A DNA stretch of 64,000 bases from Smithella sp. (GTDB taxonomy: Bacteria; Desulfobacterota; Syntrophia; Syntrophales; Smithellaceae): NCBI GenBank assembly GCA_012522275.1, contig JAAYKU010000256.1, positions 2,639 to 66,638 on the forward strand, in the 5' to 3' direction. This document shows, piece by piece, positions 58,214-64,000 of the stretch (the first letter of the stretch is position 1; the number at the start of each line of letters is the position of its first letter). The notes under the pieces are model-generated. The model saw nothing but the letters and a program-made list of their open reading frames with translations, did no database searches and was not told the origin of the DNA. The translations under genes were made by a program, and so were the position numbers.

Positions 58214-58586
58214 CTCCTATTACTTCGTAAAGAACCCTTTTAATTTCCTCCGGCAGAAAAGGTTTTTTGATAAACCCTTTCGCCCCGCGGTCAAACGCTT
58301 CCTGCATCCGCTGCTCCGAAGCTTCCGTAGTAATCATAATCACAGGAATTTCTTTGAGAGTTTCATTCTCTTTCAGTAGATCCAGAAACTCCAGCCCGTT
58401 GACCTCCGGCATATTGATATCGGAAATAATCACATCCACCCACTGGTCGGAAAGCAGCTCCATTGCCTCCCTGCCGTTTCCGGCCTCAAGACAGCTATCC
58501 ATTTTGAAACCGGAAAGACCGATCACTTTTTTGATAACCGCCCTCATGGCATTGGAATCATCCACAATCAGCACGTTAAATGACAT
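58155..58586 (-). CDS. CheY-like single-domain response regulator with an acidic tail
   Basis: VLIVDDSNAMR...VIISDINMPEVNGLEFL...PVIMITTEA...FIKKPF, followed by an acidic C-terminal tail EEDTRDADEFDF. Confidence 0.85.
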   Translation of the reverse strand: MSFNVLIVDDSNAMRAVIKKVIGLSGFKMDSCLEAGNGREAMELLSDQWVDVIISDINMPEVNGLEFLDLLKENETLKEIPVIMITTEASEQRMQEAFDRGAKGFIKKPFLPEEIKRVLYEVIGVGSDGQYEEDTRDADEFDF

Positions 58587-58610
58587 AAGGCTACCTTCCT
58601 TTTAGTAAAA

Positions 58611-59462
58611 CTAAATGATGTTGACCAGGTCGCGCGCACTTTTGAGGTCGTCGGACAACATCACCATGCTTCTTTCCAGGTCCCTCATCTTTAGATTGAA
58701 TTTTTTCAAAAGTTGGCTCACCGCGCGCTGCGCGAGGCCCTCCACGGAACTGCCGATTCCCATCATCAAGCATGCCTCATCCGCCATATAAACGATCCAG
58801 GGCATGATTTTATCTTCTTTTTCAAGAAGATCCGGTCGGTGGTGATATGAAATCGCGTCGCGTATTTCAACCGGGAAGTTCCAGTGTTCCGCTATTTTTC
58901 CACCGAGGTCGGCATGATTGATGCCCAAAATGGTTTCTTCCGCCTCCAGAAAAGACATGCCGTTTTCATAGACCAGTGTTGTGATCTTTTTGAGCTCATC
59001 GCGCACAAATTCCCCCATGATGATTTTCCCGACATCGTGCAAAAGAGCGGCCGTATAAAGAGTGGAGTCTTCGCTGCCGGTGATCTGTTTGGACAGAATC
59101 TGCGACATCAGGCCCACCGCAACGGAATGCTCCCACAAGTCCAGAGCCTAGTCAAAATAGCCGGATGCACCTTTTTTATAAAATTTGGAAACTCCCGCCG
59201 TCTGTATCGCCCGCAGAAGGTTTTTCTGCCCCAGGTACATAACGGCATCATTGATCGAGCTGATCTTGTGCTGCGCGCCGAAATAAGCGGAGTTGGCCAT
59301 TTTCAGAATATTTGCCGTGATGGAGGGGTCATATTTAATGACGTTGGCCACCTGCATGACGGAATAGTCCGGCCTGTTGAGCAGTTGCGCAACCTTGTTG
59401 CCGGTCGCGGGAAACGCCGGAATCGTCTCAATGGATTTAAGGATACGCTTAATTGCTTTCAT
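58611..59462 (-). pseudogene. HDOD-domain gene interrupted by a single in-frame TAG (59148-59150)
   Basis: The two ORF-track ORFs (59148..59462 and 58611..59138) are in the same frame. The junction reads ...KKGASGYFD-TAG-ALDLWEHSVAVG... The break falls in the middle of one HDOD domain: the N-half has DPSITANILKMANSAYFG and the C-half has LWEHS...AALLHDVGK. Confidence 0.7.
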
Positions 59463-59941
59463 AGCTCTTTCATTTCACCTCCCGAGCTGCGGACAAAGGT
59501 TTTGCCCGTAGCCATTTCCAGGCGCACAGTCCGGTTGTGGTTCGCGCCCGTGTCCTCACTGGCGAGCATCACGTTGTTCTTCCAGAATATCTTTCTCATG
59601 GCCATGATGTTTTTCTGGCCGATACGAAAAAAATTCGTGTCATCCAGAATACTCGCTCCGCCTGCCGCCTTGACGATCATCCTTTTTTTCTCCGCACCCA
59701 GACGATAGCAGGCCTTGAATAAGGTGGGAATGCCTGTATCGGCAAACATCGCCGGGTTGTCTTTCGCCTTTTTTTCGTCCAGCGTGGAATCCGGAAGCAT
59801 ATAATGCAGCAGCCCTCCCACTTTGGCTACAGGGTCGTAGACGGAAATTCCGATACAGGACCCCAGTGCGTATGTAATAATCACATCGTCCGATGCGTTG
59901 CTGATCTTTATATCCGATATTCCTACAATCAAATCGCACAT
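59459..59941 (-). CDS. cheD: Chemoreceptor glutamine deamidase CheD
   Basis: ITYALGSCIGISVYDPVAKVGGLLHYMLP contains the catalytic Cys/His context. It is 160 aa and its stop overlaps the HDOD start. Confidence 0.9.
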   Translation of the reverse strand: MCDLIVGISDIKISNASDDVIITYALGSCIGISVYDPVAKVGGLLHYMLPDSTLDEKKAKDNPAMFADTGIPTLFKACYRLGAEKKRMIVKAAGGASILDDTNFFRIGQKNIMAMRKIFWKNNVMLASEDTGANHNRTVRLEMATGKTFVRSSGGEMKEL

Positions 59942-59944
59942 AAT

Positions 59945-60772
59945 CTATTTCACGTAAACGCTCGGTTCAACATATCCGAATTGATGTTTAAGGCCGGTCA
60001 GACTTTCAGAGTGACCGACGAAAAAATATCCACCGCTTTTCAATGAATCGTAAAACTTGTTGACAAGCGCGCCTTGAGTTTTCTTGTCAAAATAAATCAT
60101 CACATTACGGCAGAAAATAATGTCAAACTCATTATGGAAACGAAATTGGTCCATAAGATTGAAGCGCCTGAAGGTAACCGTCTGCTTCAATTCATTTTTC
60201 ACGCGGACAAGGCCGGCTGATTTTCCCGTTCCCTTCTGGAAATACTTCCTTAAGACGGGTGGAGGGACGCCTTTCGTTTTTTCATCCGGGTAAATGCCCG
60301 CCTGAGCCGTGTTCAGAACCTTTGTCGATATATCTGTTGCCAGTATCTCAACCCGCAGCGGATGATTCCTGACTGCTTCGAGAAACGTCATCGCCAGCGA
60401 GTAGGGCTCTTCTCCGGTTGAACAGCCTGCCGACCAGATCCTGAAACTTCCCCCGCCCCTTCCGAGTTTTTCCAAAACCGTGTGAATGATATGTGTAAGC
60501 CTTGCAAAATGTGCTTCCTCACGAAAAAAAAAGGTCAGATTGGTGGAAATCGAGTCGATCATCGAAATCAGTTCATCTGTTCCCTCCTGCGTGGTGACAT
60601 GATTGTAGTACTCGGTAAATGATTTATACCCGCCTGCCCGCAGTCGCTTGCTGAGCCTCGCCTTGACGAGCTCTTTTTTACCTTCATGCAGGTAAATTCC
60701 GCATTGTTCATATACAAGCCGACTGATTTTTTCAAAATCGCTGTTTTTTAATTCGTAACCGCTTATCGCCAT
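59945..60772 (-). CDS. cheR: Chemotaxis methyltransferase CheR
   Basis: N-terminal helical domain plus a SAM-binding fold (FRIWSAGCSTGEEPYSLAM...FDIIFCRNVMIYFD). Confidence 0.9.
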   Translation of the reverse strand: MAISGYELKNSDFEKISRLVYEQCGIYLHEGKKELVKARLSKRLRAGGYKSFTEYYNHVTTQEGTDELISMIDSISTNLTFFFREEAHFARLTHIIHTVLEKLGRGGGSFRIWSAGCSTGEEPYSLAMTFLEAVRNHPLRVEILATDISTKVLNTAQAGIYPDEKTKGVPPPVLRKYFQKGTGKSAGLVRVKNELKQTVTFRRFNLMDQFRFHNEFDIIFCRNVMIYFDKKTQGALVNKFYDSLKSGGYFFVGHSESLTGLKHQFGYVEPSVYVK

Positions 60773-60836
60773 GTATCCGTATCTTTCGCCTGTACAATAA
60801 TTTTTAGAAGCAGCCGGTGATCATCAAAATTAAAAG

Positions 60837-60852
60837 AGCAATCCATATGCCA
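60837..60852 (-). promoter_or_regulatory. Sigma-54 promoter of the che operon
   Basis: The minus-strand reading is TGGCAT-ATGGA-TTGCT, 65 nt upstream of the cheR ATG. Confidence 0.7.
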
Positions 60853-60941
60853 CAGGCGGTATTCTTTTCCCAATGCCGGGCGACGGGTATTTTGAACAAC
60901 CGCGCGCCATTCAACACGCGGAGGGCGGCAACTTACCTATC

Positions 60942-60968
60942 TATTCGGCTGAAATATGAAATACTTAA
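60942..60968 (-). promoter_or_regulatory. Sigma-28-like promoter candidate upstream of the che operon
   Basis: The minus-strand reading is TTAAGTAT-N11-GCCGAATA (6/8 and 6/8 matches to TAAAGTTT / GCCGATAA). Confidence 0.4.
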
Positions 60969-60997
60969 GAATAAGCAGTATTTTTGTAAAAATCCGC

Positions 60998-61011
60998 GTC
61001 AGTTTTATGAC
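60998..61011. promoter_or_regulatory. GTCA-N6-TGAC palindrome in the cheR / sigma-54-activator divergent region
   Basis: GTCAGTTTTATGAC lies 146 nt upstream of the che -24 element and 140 nt upstream of the activator ATG. Confidence 0.4.
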
Positions 61012-61150
61012 AAGCCGGCCAATTCCACCTGTCAGGCGTTTGTTTTTTGACGCTTTTAACCTTTTTCATATTGTATTTTATCAATGTTTCATCTATATAA
61101 TCCATGCTCGTACAGCACAGAGCATCATCGACCTATCATCAGGATTTCAA

Positions 61151-62542
61151 ATGAAAAAAGGTAATATTTTAATTGCGGAAGACAACGAGCTCAACAGAGA
61201 AAACCTCAAGGAAATACTCATTGAAGAAGGTTATGAGGTCAACGCCGTCCATGACGGCCGCCGGGCAATGGAGGCTTTTACGGCCGACAGATACGATCTG
61301 GTCATCACCGACTTGCGCATGCCCAATGTTGACGGCTTTGAACTCCTCAAATTCATTAAAGAAGCCGGAAGCGACAATCTGGTGATTATTATCACCGGGC
61401 ACGGCACCGTCCATTCCGCCGTATCCGCCATGAAAATGGGAGCTTTTGATTTTATAACGAAACCCATCAAAGACGACCTGGTCAAGCTATCCGTCAGCCG
61501 TGCGATGAATTTCGCGAATCTCCGTGATGAAAACGTAATTTTAAAGGAACACCTCAAAGATAAAGAGGGCTTTCATGATATGATCGGTTACAGCGATTGC
61601 ATGAAAAAAGTCTTCGAGACAATCGACAAGGTTTCCGCATCCGACAGCACGATCCTGATTACAGGCGAAAGCGGCACAGGCAAAGAGCTTGTCGCACGCG
61701 CCATCCATTTCAAAAGCGAGCGGCGCGATCAGCCCATGATACCGGTCAACTGCGGCGCCATTCCGGAAGATCTCCTGGAAAGCGAGCTTTTCGGCCATGA
61801 AAGAGGGGCTTTCACCGGCGCCATCCGCAACCGGATGGGGCGCTTTGAACTGGCTCAGGGAGGCACGATTTTTCTTGACGAAATAGGCGACATGAGCCCC
61901 GCCCTGCAGGTAAAAGTACTGCGCGTCATCCAGGAGCGGCAGTTCGAGCGCATCGGCGGCGTAAAAACGATCAACGCGGATGTCCGCATTATCGCCGCCA
62001 CCAATCAGGACCTGGAAAAGGCGGTTGAGGAAAAACAATTCCGCGAGGACCTCTTCTACCGCATAAACGTGATTCCTGTAAACCTGCCCCCGCTTAGGGA
62101 ACGTGGTTCAGACATAGCCATTCTGGCCAGACACTTTTTAATGACTTTCAATAAACTTAAAAAGAAAAACATCGAGCAAATCGCCCCGGAAGCCGTCAAC
62201 TACCTGATGCGCTACAGCTGGCCGGGCAATGTGCGGGAGCTGCAAAACCTGATGGAAATGCTTGTGGTCATGAAAGAGGAGGGCTCCATCATCGAAGATG
62301 ACCTGCCGGCAAAAATCCGCAACTCATCCGAAGACCGGATAACCGAGGAATCAGTGTTTCTCCCCGAGGAGGGAATCGACTTCAACAAGCATATCATCCG
62401 GATGGAAAAAGACCTTCTGCTTAAAGCGCTTAAAATGAGCGGCGGCGTCAAAAACCGCGCCGCAAAACTTCTCAACCTGAACCGTACCACGCTTGTGGAG
62501 AAACTAAAGCGCCTCGACATCAAAGACGGATGGATAGATTAG
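61151..62542 (+). CDS. Sigma-54-dependent response regulator (REC-AAA+-Fis HTH), NtrC family; candidate upper-tier flagellar/che regulator
   Basis: REC domain with LVITDLRMPNVDG, Walker A GESGTGKE, the GAFTGA loop and a C-terminal HTH (AAKLLNLNRTTLVEKLKRL). The ATG at 61151 is preceded by AGGA. The ORF-track start of 60956 adds an implausible N-terminus. Confidence 0.85.
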   Translation: MKKGNILIAEDNELNRENLKEILIEEGYEVNAVHDGRRAMEAFTADRYDLVITDLRMPNVDGFELLKFIKEAGSDNLVIIITGHGTVHSAVSAMKMGAFDFITKPIKDDLVKLSVSRAMNFANLRDENVILKEHLKDKEGFHDMIGYSDCMKKVFETIDKVSASDSTILITGESGTGKELVARAIHFKSERRDQPMIPVNCGAIPEDLLESELFGHERGAFTGAIRNRMGRFELAQGGTIFLDEIGDMSPALQVKVLRVIQERQFERIGGVKTINADVRIIAATNQDLEKAVEEKQFREDLFYRINVIPVNLPPLRERGSDIAILARHFLMTFNKLKKKNIEQIAPEAVNYLMRYSWPGNVRELQNLMEMLVVMKEEGSIIEDDLPAKIRNSSEDRITEESVFLPEEGIDFNKHIIRMEKDLLLKALKMSGGVKNRAAKLLNLNRTTLVEKLKRLDIKDGWID

Positions 62543-62622
62543 TCCCGTACGCTCCCACTTTCCAAGACATTAACGCATACCGGCAATCTGTGCCCGTTTC
62601 CGTTGTGGTTTCTGGTTTTTTT

Positions 62623-64000
62623 CTAGACCTTGTCGTAGTGCGAAAAAATCATGGAAAAGACGGCTCGTCCCTGCGTGGCCGAGCGCAAATCGGTGGAATA
62701 GCCAAACAGGGCTTTGAGCGGAACTTTGGCTTTGACTTCGGAGACAGGACCTCTGGGGTTGACGGACTGAATTTCTCCACGACGTGAATTGATATCGCCG
62801 ATGACATCGCCGGTGAATTCTCCGGGCGTGATAATGTCCACAATCATTATCGGCTCCAGCGTAACCGGGTCTGCAGCCTTGAAGCCATCCCGAAAAGCGG
62901 CGGATGCGGCAATCTTGTAGCCCTGCTCTGATGAGTCACCCTCACGGAAAGCCCCTCCCGTGACTTTGATCGCAACGTCCGTCACCGGATAGCCGGCGAG
63001 CTGCCCGCTCATCATGGCCTCACGGATTCCCTCTTCTATTGATTCATGAAACTCGACTGGAATGTTTTCTGGGTCAACGGTTATCACAATGTTATTGCCG
63101 GAACCGCGCCTGCCCGGCCAGAGCTCGAGTTTAACCTGGCCAAAATGTTTCTTTTCACCCAGCTCCTTATCGAACACACCTTCCGACACGACACTCTTTT
63201 GAATTGTTTCGCGGTACACAACACGGGGACGGCCTACATTTACCTGCGTGTTGAATTCCCGTCTCAAACGGTCGACAATTATCTCCAGGTGGAGCTCGCC
63301 CATTCCGGAAATCACCATCTGCGCCGTTTCATCCTCGTATTTGACTTTCAGCGTCGGGTCCTCGTCGGTGAGCTTGGCCAGAGCCAGAGAAAGCTTTTCC
63401 TGATCGGCGGTGGTTTTCGCCTCTATCGCTTCGCTGATGACCGGCTCATAGAACTCCATCTGTTCAAGAATAATCGGATGGGCCTCGTCACAGAGGGTAT
63501 CACCCGTGGATGTTTCCTTCAGCCCCAGCACTGCCACCAGTTCGCCGGCCGAGGCTTTTTCAATCCGCTCGCGCTTGCTGGAATGCATCCGTAACAGCCT
63601 GGCAATCTTTTCTTTCTTCTTTTTGCTGGAATTGTATACTTCTCCGCCCGCGTTAATCTGTCCGGAATAGATGCGCAGGTAAGTCAGCTTCCTTCCTTCA
63701 TCGAGCTGAACTTTAAAGGCCAGGGCGGCAAGAGGCTCCTTGTCGGAGCTGCGGCGGATCTCCTCTTTTTTTGTTTTCGGATCAATGCCTTTTACTGGAG
63801 GGATATCTTCCGGCGAAGGCAGGTAGTTTACCACAGCGTCCAAAACAGGCTGAATGCCTTTATTTCTCAATGCACTTCCGCACAGTACGGGTACTGTTTT
63901 AAGAGAGATGGTTGCATTTCTCAGAGCTTCACATATTTCCGTGTCCGTTATTGGTCCGCCCCCCAGATATTTTTCCGCCATTGCATCATCTAGATCCGCC
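62623..64000 (-). CDS. fusA: Elongation factor G (EF-G family), 5'-truncated by the window edge
   Basis: The translation covers the G' subdomain through domain V (VPVLCGSALRNKGIQPVLDAVVNYLPSP...GMGELHLEI...GRAVFSMIFSHYDKV). The reading frame stays open to position 64000. Confidence 0.85.
   Translation of the reverse strand, partial: ADLDDAMAEKYLGGGPITDTEICEALRNATISLKTVPVLCGSALRNKGIQPVLDAVVNYLPSPEDIPPVKGIDPKTKKEEIRRSSDKEPLAALAFKVQLDEGRKLTYLRIYSGQINAGGEVYNSSKKKKEKIARLLRMHSSKRERIEKASAGELVAVLGLKETSTGDTLCDEAHPIILEQMEFYEPVISEAIEAKTTADQEKLSLALAKLTDEDPTLKVKYEDETAQMVISGMGELHLEIIVDRLRREFNTQVNVGRPRVVYRETIQKSVVSEGVFDKELGEKKHFGQVKLELWPGRRGSGNNIVITVDPENIPVEFHESIEEGIREAMMSGQLAGYPVTDVAIKVTGGAFREGDSSEQGYKIAASAAFRDGFKAADPVTLEPIMIVDIITPGEFTGDVIGDINSRRGEIQSVNPRGPVSEVKAKVPLKALFGYSTDLRSATQGRAVFSMIFSHYDKV

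Noticed and set aside
59148-59150. TAG read as pyrrolysine
   Set aside because: The same gene ends with TAG, no pyl genes are in the window, and HDOD proteins are not known Pyl proteins. It is kept only as a low-probability alternative in the finding.
60773-60836. Riboswitch (for example c-di-GMP class I) or CsrA-binding leader upstream of cheR
   Set aside because: The leader is short (~55 nt from the predicted start) and shows none of the conserved GEMM sequence blocks I can recall. There are no paired GGA hairpins.
61040-61110. Sigma-70 promoter for the second activator (perfect TATAAT near 61100; TTGACG near 61048)
   Set aside because: No -35 and -10 pair lies at 16-18 nt spacing: TTGTAT is 19 nt from the TATAAT, and TTGACG pairs only with a weak TATTGT. 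It was not called as a feature.
62543-62622. Terminator between the activator gene and EF-G (T-run at ~62610)
   Set aside because: A run of seven T is present, but I could not fold a convincing upstream stem by hand.

Overview
This window looks like an ordinary bacterial chromosome; gene content and order suggest a Desulfobacterota/deltaproteobacterium, which I cannot verify. The first ~9 kb are housekeeping: a YhdH/AcuI-type oxidoreductase, a four-gene tRNA operon (Arg-TCT, His-GTG, Arg-TCG, Lys-CTT), a secreted repeat protein, and dprA-topA-trmFO. From ~9.1 kb to ~60.8 kb lies one flagellar/chemotaxis super-locus, almost all on the minus strand. It encodes the rod, hook, rings, C-ring, export apparatus, flhF/flhG, fliA, flgM/flgN/flgK/flgL and csrA. 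It also encodes a sigma-54 two-component pair, pilZ-motA-motB on the plus strand, and a che cluster (cheR, cheD, HDOD, cheY-like, cheX-like, cheB, cheA, cheY, cheX). The window ends with a second sigma-54 activator and a 5'-truncated EF-G gene. I found no CRISPR array, transposase, integrase, prophage or recognisable defence system, so I cannot claim a clearly novel system. The most interesting material is regulatory and accessory. (1) Seven well-spaced sigma-54 promoters (TGG[C/T]A[C/T]-N5-TTGC) sit in front of every major flagellar, motor and che transcription unit. (2) Three GTCA-N6-TGAC palindromes lie upstream of a subset of them. (3) A near-consensus sigma-28 promoter drives an unannotated-type ~71-aa ORF directly after csrA, where fliW would be expected. 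(4) A tightly coupled four-gene unit of unknown function contains a second FliK-like protein and a free-standing FlhB-C-terminal (FlhX/YlqH-like) protein. (5) A histidine-kinase-like protein keeps its H-box but has degenerate ATP-binding boxes. (6) The CheA linker carries a tandem MshEN/T2SSE_N-like motif. (7) An HDOD gene is split by one in-frame TAG. csrA (58 aa) falls below the ORF-track length cutoff and was found by reading the sequence. Several ORF-track starts were moved on RBS or promoter evidence.
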